From: an uncultured Demequinaceae bacterium
Lineage (GTDB): Bacteria > Actinomycetota > Actinomycetes > Actinomycetales > Demequinaceae
Reading direction: 5' to 3'
Assembly: GCA_964392875.1 (NCBI GenBank)
Contig: CAYMRO010000001.1
Span: forward strand, 1 to 37,684
DNA length: 37,684 nt
Below are positions 1 through 8,328 of the stretch, in pieces. Both the position numbers and the translations under genes were made by a program. Position 1 is the first letter of the stretch. Every line of letters starts with the position of its first letter. A model generated the notes under the pieces. That model did no database searches. It was not told where the DNA came from and saw only the letters and a list, made by a program, of their open reading frames with translations.

Positions 1-6
1 CCGCAT

Positions 7-63
7 CCGCCTTGTCCTCCCCCGCCGCTGGACACCTCCCCCGCCGCCTTGTCCTCCCCCGCC
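7..63. repeat. C-rich short tandem repeat (CCGCCTTGTCCTCCCCCGCC x2, period 37)
   Basis: Identical 20-mers at 7-26 and 44-63. Sub-unit CCTCCCCCGCC occurs three times. Non-coding, low-complexity region. Confidence 0.6.
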
Positions 64-177
64 CCGCGCCGCCGCGTCGGCCCCGTCCTCCCTGCCCCGC
101 GCCCGCCGTGACCGCCGGACCCCTCGCCCGCCGTCCTCCCCTTTCCGTCACCGCCAGGAGGGACTCCTTGCCCGTGA

Positions 178-215
178 GTCCCTCTGGACCGTGAATTTTC
201 ACGCTCCAGAGGGAC
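178..215. repeat. REP-like palindromic hairpin
   Basis: GTCCCTCTGGA (178-188) / TCCAGAGGGAC (205-215) with inner CGTGAA/TTCACG. Confidence 0.6.
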
Positions 216-260
216 CGAGCCCGCCCACGTGTCACCAAATGGGCGTTACCCAGCCTCCGT

Positions 261-327
261 GTCGGCCTGGTGGTGAACCGGACGGGTGAGCCGCCGCGTC
301 GGCCGGGTGGTGAGCCGGACAGGTGAG
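261..327. repeat. Imperfect 30-bp direct repeat x2
   Basis: GTCGGCC(T/G)GGTGGTGA(A/G)CCGGAC(G/A)GGTGAG at 261-290 and 298-327, 3 mismatches. Confidence 0.6.
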
Positions 328-365
328 TGGCCGCGGTGCGCTCGACCGTGAACTTGAGCGGCGCG

Positions 366-1043
366 CTAAAGCCCGCGCAGATACTCCCGGATGAGCGCGA
401 CACCAGCCATCGCGGCCTCGTCGCCGTGCATTCGCGCGGCGGCGCGCAACTCGCGCGCGTCGTAGCCCCAACGCTCCAGGTCCCCGGCGTGGCCTATGAA
501 CCACCGTTCCATCGCTTCCGGATCGGCTTCTGGATGGAACTGGAAGGCGAGAGACCGCCCGTAGGCAAACGCCTGATTGGGGTTCGCCTCGCTGTTCGCG
601 AGCGCAACCGCACCATCGGGCACCGAGAAAACATCTTGATGCCAATGCAGCACCGGCGCCCCGGCGAGGTGGCGAAGAGGGGTGGCGGCAGCGTCGGGCA
701 AGAGGCGCAGAGGTGACCACCCAACTTCCCTGTTGCCACGCGACAACTCGCCACCCAGGGCCAAGGACATCAGCTGCGCGCCCAGGCAAATGCCAAGTGT
801 CGGTCTGTCCGCCGCGAGCCGTGCGGCAAGAACCGCGCGAATGTCGGCGAGGTACGGGTACTGCTCGTCACCATCCGCGTCGATAGGCGCGCCAAGGCAG
901 ATAGCCAAGTCGGCGTCGGCAAATTGGGAGACCTCGTCGACGCCTGCCTCGAGGTAGCGCACGTCGTAGCCGTGGGCGCGGATCTCCGCCTCCCAGGTGC
1001 CGAGGTCTTCAAAGGCCACGAATCGGACCACGTCGCAGCGCAT
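366..1043 (-). CDS. Stand-alone class I glutamine amidotransferase (GuaA GATase-like)
   Basis: GICLGAQL nucleophile elbow and QFHPE His-Glu motif. TAGCCT lies 6 nt before the ATG (leaderless). Confidence 0.88.
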   Translation of the reverse strand: MRCDVVRFVAFEDLGTWEAEIRAHGYDVRYLEAGVDEVSQFADADLAICLGAPIDADGDEQYPYLADIRAVLAARLAADRPTLGICLGAQLMSLALGGELSRGNREVGWSPLRLLPDAAATPLRHLAGAPVLHWHQDVFSVPDGAVALANSEANPNQAFAYGRSLAFQFHPEADPEAMERWFIGHAGDLERWGYDARELRAAARMHGDEAAMAGVALIREYLRGL

Positions 1044-1102
1044 GGCGACAGGCTATCGCCCCGGCTCGCAGGACCGGGCGCAGGGCAGGGCGCAGAACTG
1101 GG

Positions 1103-1150
1103 CGCAAAAAAGGGAGGCGAGCACTATGTGTGCCCGCCTCCCCTTTTGCG
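1103..1150 (-). terminator. Intrinsic terminator downstream of the DoxX gene
   Basis: Minus strand GGGGAGGCGGGCAC-acata-GTGCTCGCCTCCCT followed by a T run. Confidence 0.8.
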
Positions 1151-1154
1151 CGGT

Positions 1155-1574
1155 CTAGCTGAGGTGGAACAGCGGGCCGACGATCGTCAGGCCCAAGTCC
1201 GCGCCCTCCGCTGCGAACAGCAGGAAGAACGCGAGAGCGCCGCCCAAGAGGCCAACGTTCTTGTTAAAGGAAGTGCGGTCCGCACCCTTAGCCTGGGCGT
1301 CGCTCTCCTTCCAGTACGCGTGCATGAAGAGCGTGACGGGGATGAGGGTCACGAACACCAGCAGCGCGCCAAGGTCACCGTAGATGCCCAGCAGCACCAT
1401 CAGTGCGCCAAGGCCCATCGTGATACCGGAGAGAATGACGCCAACCTTGCCACCCGGGGCGCCCTTGTATTGCGCGTACTGCGCCATGGTGGACGCCTTG
1501 GAGATGTGCCCCCATGCACTGAGCAAAAAGATGAAGGCGAAGAGAATGCGGGCAATGAGAAAAACGGCGTCCAT
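1155..1574 (-). CDS. DoxX family membrane protein
   Basis: 139 aa, four hydrophobic segments, N-terminal RILFAFIF, H-x-(Y/F)W and F-x-KN motifs. AAGGGA RBS. Confidence 0.85.
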   Translation of the reverse strand: MDAVFLIARILFAFIFLLSAWGHISKASTMAQYAQYKGAPGGKVGVILSGITMGLGALMVLLGIYGDLGALLVFVTLIPVTLFMHAYWKESDAQAKGADRTSFNKNVGLLGGALAFFLLFAAEGADLGLTIVGPLFHLS

Positions 1575-1587
1575 GGTATCCCTTGAT

Positions 1588-1637
1588 AAGTTGATTGTTC
1601 AACTAACTCTAAACGGAGTCAGTTGATGTGTCAACAA
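1588..1637. promoter_or_regulatory. Twin GTTGA-N4-TCAAC operators (MarR/RosR-like)
   Basis: AAGTTGATTGTTCAACTA (1588-1605) and CAGTTGATGTGTCAACAA (1620-1637) in the AT-rich divergent intergenic region. Confidence 0.7.
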
Positions 1638-1676
1638 AGTCCAACCGTGGCGCATTCCCGCTCCTACGATGAGGGC

Positions 1677-2294
1677 ATGACAGACGGTCTCGCGGCACAC
1701 TGGGAAGAGCGCTACCGCGAACGCGCGCAACGCTGGTCAGGGGAGGCCAACCCGACGCTCACTGCAGTAGTCGCCCCACTCACCCCGGGCGTGGCAATAG
1801 ATCTGGCGTGCGGGGAAGGCGCGGACGTGCTGTGGCTTGCGTCGAACGGCTGGATTGCAACGGGCGTGGACATCTCCCCCACGGCGGTTGAGCGCGCGCG
1901 GGCCGCTGCCGCTGGTGTTCCCGGTGCCGCCTATGTGGCCGCTGACCTTTCGGAGTGGTCCCCGGAGGGGCCAGCGGACTTGGTGTGCAGCTCGTTCATG
2001 CACTCCGAGGTGGAGTTCCCGCGCACCGAGATCCTGCGCCGCGGGGCCAGCTGGGTTGCGCCCGGCGGCCATTTCCTCACCGTCACTCACGCCGTGGCAC
2101 CGTGGTGGCACGAGTCCGCGCACGAGCACGGCGCACACATGCTGTCGCCCCAGGAGGATCTCGCGGCGATCGCGTTGAATGAGGCCGAGTGGGAGATCGT
2201 GGAGTTGGGCACCCGCGATCGCGAGGCCGTCAGCCCAGCTGGCGAGCCGGGCGTGCTCCACGACGGCGTGATCCTCCTGCGCCGGGCTGAGTGA
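1677..2294 (+). CDS. Class I SAM-dependent methyltransferase
   Basis: DLACGEG motif I, GVDIS, N-terminal WEERY...WSG. Start moved to ATG 1677 because TACGAT lies 6 nt upstream. Confidence 0.85.
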   Translation: MTDGLAAHWEERYRERAQRWSGEANPTLTAVVAPLTPGVAIDLACGEGADVLWLASNGWIATGVDISPTAVERARAAAAGVPGAAYVAADLSEWSPEGPADLVCSSFMHSEVEFPRTEILRRGASWVAPGGHFLTVTHAVAPWWHESAHEHGAHMLSPQEDLAAIALNEAEWEIVELGTRDREAVSPAGEPGVLHDGVILLRRAE

Positions 2295-2345
2295 GTCGCC
2301 AAGGCGCAATCAGGCGCGCCCTCCAGCGCGACTACCCTTGACGCC

Positions 2346-4253
2346 GTGGCTCACCTCTTAGGCGCCGAGGCGCTTCACCTCGACTTTGGCACCGGCACCG
2401 TCCTCGACTCGGTCTCGATAGGCCTCGACGACGGCGATCGCATCGGCGTAGTGGGTGGCAACGGCGCGGGCAAGACGTCGCTGCTCAAGCTCCTCGCGGG
2501 CAAACTTGCGCCGCAGGCAGTTGATGGGCGCAGCGGGCGCGTAACCATTGCCCGCGGCACCCGCATCGGCGTCCTCGACCAGGACGACGCCGTGGATCCG
2601 TCGCTCACGGTGATCCAAGCGATAGCCGGCGAGGCGGACGAACACGAGTGGGCGTCGGACCCCCGCACACGCGACGTCATGGCCGGGCTGGTGCCAGACC
2701 TCCCGGCCGACGCCGTGGTTGGCACTCTCTCTGGCGGCCAGCAGCGACGGGTTGCGTTGGCCCACGTGCTGGTTGGCGACCACGACGTGATCTTCCTCGA
2801 CGAGCCAACAAACCACCTCGACGTTGAGGGCGTGACGTGGCTCGCGGACCATCTCAAGCGACGCTGGGCGGGACGCAACGGCGCGCTGCTTGTGGTCACT
2901 CACGACCGCTGGTTCCTGGATGAGGTCTCCACCCAGACGTGGGAGGTGCACGACGGCGTTGTGGACCGTTACGAGGGAGGATACGCCGCGTACGTGCTGC
3001 AGCGGGTGGAGCGGGACCGCATCTCCAACGTGACTGAACAGCGCCGCCAGAACCTCATGCGCAAGGAGCTCGCGTGGCTCCGCCGCGGTGCGCCAGCACG
3101 CACCTCCAAACCCAAGTTCCGCATCGACGCCGCCAACGCGCTCATCGCGGACGTACCCCCCATCCGCGACACCATTCAGCTGGCGCGCATGGCTACGGCG
3201 CGCCTGGGCAAGGACGTGGTGAGCCTCATGAACGCGGGCGTCACGTACGGCACGGGCGATGAGGCGCGCGAGGTGCTGCACGGCATCGAATGGCACATCG
3301 GGCCGGGCGAGCGCACGGGCATCCTTGGCGAAAACGGCGCTGGCAAGTCCACGTTGCTCAAGCTCATCACGGGCGAGCTTGAGCCAACCAAGGGGCGAGT
3401 GAAGACCGGCATCACCGTGCGGGTGGCGGCGCTGAGCCAGCGCCTGGAAGAGTTGGATGAGGTCCAGGAGGAGCGCGTCTCCGCGGTGGTCAAGCGCTAC
3501 TCCTCCATCAAGATGTCCGATGGCACGGAGATGACGCCCGGGCAACTGCTTGAGCGCTTTGGCTTCACTGCGATGCAGCTCAAGACGCCCGTCAACCGCC
3601 TCTCCGGCGGTCAACGCAGGCGCCTGCAAATCCTCATGGTGCTGCTGAGCGAGCCCAACGTGCTGGTGCTCGACGAGCCCACCAACGACCTCGACACCGA
3701 CGTCCTCGCGGCGCTGGAAGATTTGCTCGATTCATGGCCCGGCACCCTCATCGTCGTAAGTCACGACCGCTACCTCATGGAGCGCATAACGGACCAGCAA
3801 TACGCGGTGCTCGACGGCGGATTGCGCCATCTACCAGGGGGAGTAGACGAATACGTGCGGCTCTCGCGAGAGCGGCGAACGGCGTCGGGCGGCGTCGGCA
3901 GTTTTGGCGGGCAAGCGGGAACCAAGCACACCAAGGGGCCCGACGCTGTAGCTGTGCCTGCCGTTGTGGTAGATCCGGGGCGAAGTGGCGGCGACATTCA
4001 CCCTGCATCTACCCCAAAGAGCAACTTGAGCGGGTCTGAGCGGCGCGTGCTCGCGAAGGAGCAGCAGGCGGCCGAGCGGCGGATGGCGAAGATCGTGCAG
4101 CTGAAGCGCGAGCTTCATGACCGGATGGCCGCGCACGATCAGTCTGACCATGAGGGCGTGGCCGCCATGACGCAGCAGTTACGCGCGCTCGACGACGAGA
4201 ACTCCACGCTCGAGCTTTCCTGGCTCAAGCTGAGCGACGCGCTCGACACTTAG
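2346..4253 (+). CDS. ABC-F family ATPase (Uup-like)
   Basis: Two NBDs (GGNGAGKT, GENGAGKS; LSGGQ; DEPTN; HDR), no TM segments, C-terminal coiled coil. Confidence 0.9.
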   Translation: MAHLLGAEALHLDFGTGTVLDSVSIGLDDGDRIGVVGGNGAGKTSLLKLLAGKLAPQAVDGRSGRVTIARGTRIGVLDQDDAVDPSLTVIQAIAGEADEHEWASDPRTRDVMAGLVPDLPADAVVGTLSGGQQRRVALAHVLVGDHDVIFLDEPTNHLDVEGVTWLADHLKRRWAGRNGALLVVTHDRWFLDEVSTQTWEVHDGVVDRYEGGYAAYVLQRVERDRISNVTEQRRQNLMRKELAWLRRGAPARTSKPKFRIDAANALIADVPPIRDTIQLARMATARLGKDVVSLMNAGVTYGTGDEAREVLHGIEWHIGPGERTGILGENGAGKSTLLKLITGELEPTKGRVKTGITVRVAALSQRLEELDEVQEERVSAVVKRYSSIKMSDGTEMTPGQLLERFGFTAMQLKTPVNRLSGGQRRRLQILMVLLSEPNVLVLDEPTNDLDTDVLAALEDLLDSWPGTLIVVSHDRYLMERITDQQYAVLDGGLRHLPGGVDEYVRLSRERRTASGGVGSFGGQAGTKHTKGPDAVAVPAVVVDPGRSGGDIHPASTPKSNLSGSERRVLAKEQQAAERRMAKIVQLKRELHDRMAAHDQSDHEGVAAMTQQLRALDDENSTLELSWLKLSDALDT

Positions 4254-4341
4254 CCAACGCCGCAGGTAAGAGGGCTCGCCCCGCACGACAGCATGCAAGC
4301 GCCTTCCGGAACCTCGGCATGGGTGCCTCCGACGCTATGCA

Positions 4342-4367
4342 TCGGCCGCGGTCGCGGCTGCGGCCGA
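4342..4367. terminator. GC-rich hairpin between convergent genes
   Basis: TCGGCCGCGG...CTGCGGCCGA stem without a U tract. Confidence 0.35.
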
Positions 4368-4380
4368 CAGCTCACCGCGC

Positions 4381-5535
4381 CTACGGCACTCGCAGTATTC
4401 GCAACGGGTCACGGTATGCGGCGTAGGCGGCGATCGGCGCGCTGGTGATGAGCGTTAGCAGAACGGCCAGGCCAGCGACCCCCGCCACGAACTCCCATGT
4501 GGGCAGCGAGCCAGCAGTGGCCGCGACGGCGGCGACCCCCGCGCCGGTTCCCACCGCGGTGCCGATGACGGCTCCTATCGCCGCCTGTGCGAGAAGCGTG
4601 GCGACGAGGGCCGAGCGGGTGGCGCCTAGCGCTCGGCGACGGCCAAACTCCCGGCGCCTAGAAACGACGGCGGAGAGCACAGTGACGGCGATGATCACCG
4701 CGCCGACACCCATGACTACGGCCATCAACTGCCGGGAGGCGGCGCCGAGGCGGCCAGCGATGACGTCCCTCAGCGCGATCGCACCCTTGGGGGTCTCCAC
4801 TGTGAGCGCCGTGGGATTGAGGGCGGGCGTCGAGGTCGTTAGGACGCCCTCAAGGCGATCGATTACCGTGACGTCGCTCGCCAGCACGTAGACGTAGCGC
4901 AGCGTTTTCACGTCGTCGGGTTGCGCGGCAATGAGAACTGTGTCGTTCAAATTCGCCAGTGGTCCGGTGGCTTTGAAGACGCCAACCACGCCCACCGGGT
5001 CGGCGTTCGGGTCAGCCGCCGAACGGACCCTCCCAAGGCCGGGTCCAAGATTCAGTCCGTCCGTCGCCCCTAAGCCAACGATAGCTTCGCCTGGGAGGGG
5101 AGGCCGCCCCTGCACCAAGGTGAAGTCCGGAGGCAAGTCGCCAACCATAGCCCGGGCGGCGAATGGCGATGCGGGCAACGCGGGATTCACCACGTCCGCG
5201 GCGGCACCCAAGCCGAGCGTCCAGGCGACGTCGGAGAGCCTGGCCAACTCGGCTGGCGCCTCGGGCAAAATGCCAGCCACACCGCCGTCGTCCGAGATGA
5301 CGATGAGGCGCGTCCCGGCGGAGTCGATCTGGCCCACCACCTGCGCCTCATTCGCCGCGGCCTGGCCGGTGGTGACGAGGATCGAAAAGCTTACGCTGGC
5401 CAGCACCAGCACGAGCGTAATCGTGGTCGCCAACTGCGCTCGAGCGCCGGCGACGGCATCCCTGATCAACGCTGCGGTGCGCGGAACGCCCGGCCACGAC
5501 CCCGCAGCCCGCGCGTCGCGAGTTTCTGTGCTCAT
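4381..5535 (-). CDS. MacB/FtsX-type ABC transporter permease
   Basis: N-terminal TM, large extracytoplasmic domain, three C-terminal TMs with RRREFG.RRALGA motif, ending DPLRILR. Confidence 0.88.
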   Translation of the reverse strand: MSTETRDARAAGSWPGVPRTAALIRDAVAGARAQLATTITLVLVLASVSFSILVTTGQAAANEAQVVGQIDSAGTRLIVISDDGGVAGILPEAPAELARLSDVAWTLGLGAAADVVNPALPASPFAARAMVGDLPPDFTLVQGRPPLPGEAIVGLGATDGLNLGPGLGRVRSAADPNADPVGVVGVFKATGPLANLNDTVLIAAQPDDVKTLRYVYVLASDVTVIDRLEGVLTTSTPALNPTALTVETPKGAIALRDVIAGRLGAASRQLMAVVMGVGAVIIAVTVLSAVVSRRREFGRRRALGATRSALVATLLAQAAIGAVIGTAVGTGAGVAAVAATAGSLPTWEFVAGVAGLAVLLTLITSAPIAAYAAYRDPLRILRVP

Positions 5536-6254
5536 GGGGTCGCCCGCGAGCCGACCTCGGCGCCGCCGTCAGCGGCGAGCCGAATCTCATGGTCGGAGCG
5601 GCTCGCGAGGCTCTTGTCATGGGTCGCGAGGATCACGGTGCCGCCGTTCTTGGCGTGGTCCACCAGCGCCTCCCACACGACCTCGGCGGAGGCGTCGTCG
5701 AGATTGCCCGTGGGCTCATCCGCGAGCACCACGCGCGGATCGGTGAGCAGGGCGCGGCAGATCGCCACCCGTTGGGCCTGCCCGCCGGAGATCTCTCCCG
5801 GCCGGTGGTCCGCCCTGTGCTCCAAGCCAAACCGGGTCAGCATCGCACGCGCCCTACTCGCGGCATCGTCGTGTGACATGCCCGCGAACAGGCCGGAGTC
5901 GCAGACGTTCGCCAGCACCGTTCGTGAGGGATCGAGCAGGGCGTCCTGGAAGACGAATCCCACCTGCGCGGCGCGGAGCCTCGATCGGGCTACGTCTGGG
6001 AGGTTCGACGCCGCGCTGCCATTCCAGAGGACCTCGCCGCCCGAGGGCCGGATCATGAGCGCGAGCAAGTAAAGCAGGGTGGACTTGCCGGAGCCCGAAG
6101 GCCCCGTGAGGGTCGTGACCGCGCCAATGGGAATGTCGACCGTCAGATTGTCGATCACCGCGGCACCATTGGAGCGATAGGCGAAGGTAAGGCCACGCGC
6201 ACCGACAACGGTTCGCGCTTCTGGACGCGCCGCGAAACCTGCGGCCATGCTCAT
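5532..6254 (-). CDS. MacB/LolD-type ABC ATPase
   Basis: GPSGSGKS, VFQ, ISGGQAQR, LADEPTGNLD, ATHD. Start moved to ATG 6254, which overlaps the upstream stop (ATGA). Confidence 0.9.
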   Translation of the reverse strand: MSMAAGFAARPEARTVVGARGLTFAYRSNGAAVIDNLTVDIPIGAVTTLTGPSGSGKSTLLYLLALMIRPSGGEVLWNGSAASNLPDVARSRLRAAQVGFVFQDALLDPSRTVLANVCDSGLFAGMSHDDAASRARAMLTRFGLEHRADHRPGEISGGQAQRVAICRALLTDPRVVLADEPTGNLDDASAEVVWEALVDHAKNGGTVILATHDKSLASRSDHEIRLAADGGAEVGSRATP

Positions 6255-7357
6255 GGCGCAGGCGTCCAAGTCTCGGCGGGAGAGCCCCCGCTCGGAGACG
6301 CAGGGGTGCCCGCGAGGACCACGGTGGTGCCGTCCTCCACGCCCGCGAGGACAACGCTTCCCTGACCTTGGCCAACAATGGTCACCGGGACGTGGGTGCC
6401 GTCCGTCAGTGCCACATAGGGGTCTCCGGCCGCGGTGAAGCCCACGGCGGCGGCCGGCACTCCCGGGCCCGTCACCGAGGGAATGAGTATCTGCTGCGCC
6501 GGATAGACGGCCTCCGCCGGGATAAGCGACACTTGGTAGCACTTGTCGGCGCAAATGGAAGTGCCGTCTTGTCGTGTGAGGGTCAGCATCGTGTTGTTCG
6601 ACTGGTCTACCTGGGAATTCGCAATCACCGTCTTTACCGTCTCGTCACCGAAGGTCACCTCGATGGGCAGCGACGGGTCATACATGGAACCCGAGGGAAT
6701 CGTGGCGATGAATTCTGGCTCCCGGTCTAGCACGGACAGCACCACGTCTCCGGGGTTGAGGCGTTTGCCCACCTGGACGTCGTCGGCCACCCGCAGCCGC
6801 GCCGGCAGCCTTGTGGCGAATACAACGTCGCTCGCGCGCACAATCCCGTCCGTCTCCACGCCCAACTTCGCCTGCCACAACTGCACGGCGCGCTTCGTGA
6901 CCGGGCCAAAGTCGCCGTCGGCCGAGCCGTCGAGGTACCCAAGTTCAATGAGGAAGCGCTGCACTTGCGCAACATCGGCCCCGTGTTCACCCTGGGACAG
7001 GTCGCGGAAGGCGGGAACCTCGCCCACGGCGGCCACCACCGGTCGCAGGTCCACCGAGTAGAGGCGGTCACCCAAGTTGGCGGTGTCGCCGTCCGCCACA
7101 TCGAGCGACGTCAGCACGCCCGACGCCGCGCCCACCCCGAACGGGCGAGCGGCCCACGACGCAGAGACGGCTACGGGCATGGATTGGCCCACGGTCGTCT
7201 CTGCGACCTTGACCGTCGCTGGCGCATCCGCGGCCTCGTCAACATGCGGAGGCGCGAACGCCCATCTTCCGAAGATCAGGCCTAAAGCCAGCGTGACGAC
7301 CAAGGCAAGCACCCATGGCCACGTACGCGCGAGCCCAGTGGCGCCCTCGTCGGTCAA
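6251..7357 (-). CDS. Peptidoglycan-binding-domain adaptor (MFP-like) of the ABC system
   Basis: N-terminal TM, barrel-sandwich-like GVLT...GD segment, PG_binding_1-like RDLSQG..G.DV.QVQ.FL..LGY...ADG.FG..T..AV..WQ...G...DG. TTG start at 7357 overlaps the upstream TGA and follows GGGGGA. Confidence 0.85.
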   Translation of the reverse strand: MTDEGATGLARTWPWVLALVVTLALGLIFGRWAFAPPHVDEAADAPATVKVAETTVGQSMPVAVSASWAARPFGVGAASGVLTSLDVADGDTANLGDRLYSVDLRPVVAAVGEVPAFRDLSQGEHGADVAQVQRFLIELGYLDGSADGDFGPVTKRAVQLWQAKLGVETDGIVRASDVVFATRLPARLRVADDVQVGKRLNPGDVVLSVLDREPEFIATIPSGSMYDPSLPIEVTFGDETVKTVIANSQVDQSNNTMLTLTRQDGTSICADKCYQVSLIPAEAVYPAQQILIPSVTGPGVPAAAVGFTAAGDPYVALTDGTHVPVTIVGQGQGSVVLAGVEDGTTVVLAGTPASPSGGSPAETWTPAP

Positions 7358-7941
7358 GAATCCCCCGTCGGAGCCAGGACTTCGAAGTTTGGTCCGGACT
7401 GCGGGCACGCATTGGCTAGTGCAAACAACTTGTCTTTCGCGAGTGAGTTCGTCGCATTCACGAGTTCGGCGTATGGATTCCACGCAGATTGCCAGTCGGA
7501 GTCTTTCCACGTGTCGAAAGTGGGCGGTTCAGAAACGTCAAACCCGTGCGCGACGATGCAGGCGCGTGTGTCGAGCATCCGTTGGTACGCAGTGTCTGTG
7601 AGCGTCTTGTCGGCGAGGTGTTGGGGCAAAGGAAAGCGAGCGTTGCAATCGGCCGCCGCCTTTTCGAGAAGGTCTTGAGTCGCCGAGTCTTGCGGAAGGT
7701 CCACGAACCCAACGGAGCCGCCCATGGTCTTTACGGCCTTGAGCCCATGCTCGCTGTAGCACGAGATCTGACCGTCCTGGAATTTCTCATTCTCTTGACG
7801 CACCTGCGCCATCCACCCGGGCTCCACCCACCCCGGTGACGCGTCGAGGCCGGGCGCCTTTTGAGCGCATCCTGAAACGGCGACCAGCGCGAGTCCCAGC
7901 GCGAGCATAGTCACCGAGCCGGATCCGACTCGCCGCGTCAC
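7354..7941 (-). CDS. Lipoprotein with two Cys-pair repeats
   Basis: Lipobox LVAVSG-C. Repeated C-x-x-x-HG motif (CYSEHG, CIVAHG), each followed by a second Cys. GTG start overlaps the upstream TGA. Confidence 0.8.
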   Translation of the reverse strand: MTRRVGSGSVTMLALGLALVAVSGCAQKAPGLDASPGWVEPGWMAQVRQENEKFQDGQISCYSEHGLKAVKTMGGSVGFVDLPQDSATQDLLEKAAADCNARFPLPQHLADKTLTDTAYQRMLDTRACIVAHGFDVSEPPTFDTWKDSDWQSAWNPYAELVNATNSLAKDKLFALANACPQSGPNFEVLAPTGDS

Positions 7942-8255
7942 GTGCCGCAGAAGCCGGAGCCTGAGGTAGCTCCGGAGCCATTGACGGACCAGCTACCCGA
8001 ATACGAAGCGCCCTTCACCGTGATGCTAAAACCGGTCGATGTCGTCGAATCCGTGTATGAGTGTCCAGGAGCGGACACGGTGATCGGACCCGAGCCGCCT
8101 TTGTAACCGGTGGCCTTGACGAAGGTGCCGCTCGGACAACTGAGAGTTCCGCCCCACGTGCCGGCATTGGCAGTTCCTGCCGCCAATGGAACTGCCGCGA
8201 TCACAAGAGCAAAGGTGCCTGCGGCTATTCGAGTCCTGCGCGACAATGCGTGCAC
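7938..8255 (-). CDS. Small Sec-secreted Gly/Ser/Thr-rich two-cysteine protein (bacteriocin-like candidate)
   Basis: GGAGGGG RBS then GTG at 8255. Basic n-region, hydrophobic h-region, ANA cleavage site. Mature part about 74 aa, GTWGGTLSCP...SGFCGT. Confidence 0.75.
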   Translation of the reverse strand: MHALSRRTRIAAGTFALVIAAVPLAAGTANAGTWGGTLSCPSGTFVKATGYKGGSGPITVSAPGHSYTDSTTSTGFSITVKGASYSGSWSVNGSGATSGSGFCGT

Positions 8256-8299
8256 GTTTACCCCTCCGATATTCGGTGGCATCGTTGCCCCGCGAAACG

Positions 8300-8328
8300 A
8301 TCATGCAATAGAAAACGTTTTCGTGCAA
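8300..8328 (-). promoter_or_regulatory. Sigma70-type promoter with LacI-family operator palindrome in the spacer
   Basis: TTGCAC (8328-8323)-N17-CATGAT (8305-8300). Perfect palindrome GAAAACGTTTTC at 8311-8322. Confidence 0.6.

Noticed and set aside
12-194. 60-aa Pro-rich ORF
   Set aside because: Arises from the C-rich low-complexity tract, with no support as a gene.
261-327. Mini CRISPR (30-bp repeats)
   Set aside because: The spacer is only 7 bp, with two degenerate copies.
7938-8255. Lanthipeptide/RiPP precursor
   Set aside because: Although Ser/Thr/Cys-rich, it has a Sec-type signal peptide rather than a RiPP leader, and no modifying enzymes are encoded nearby.
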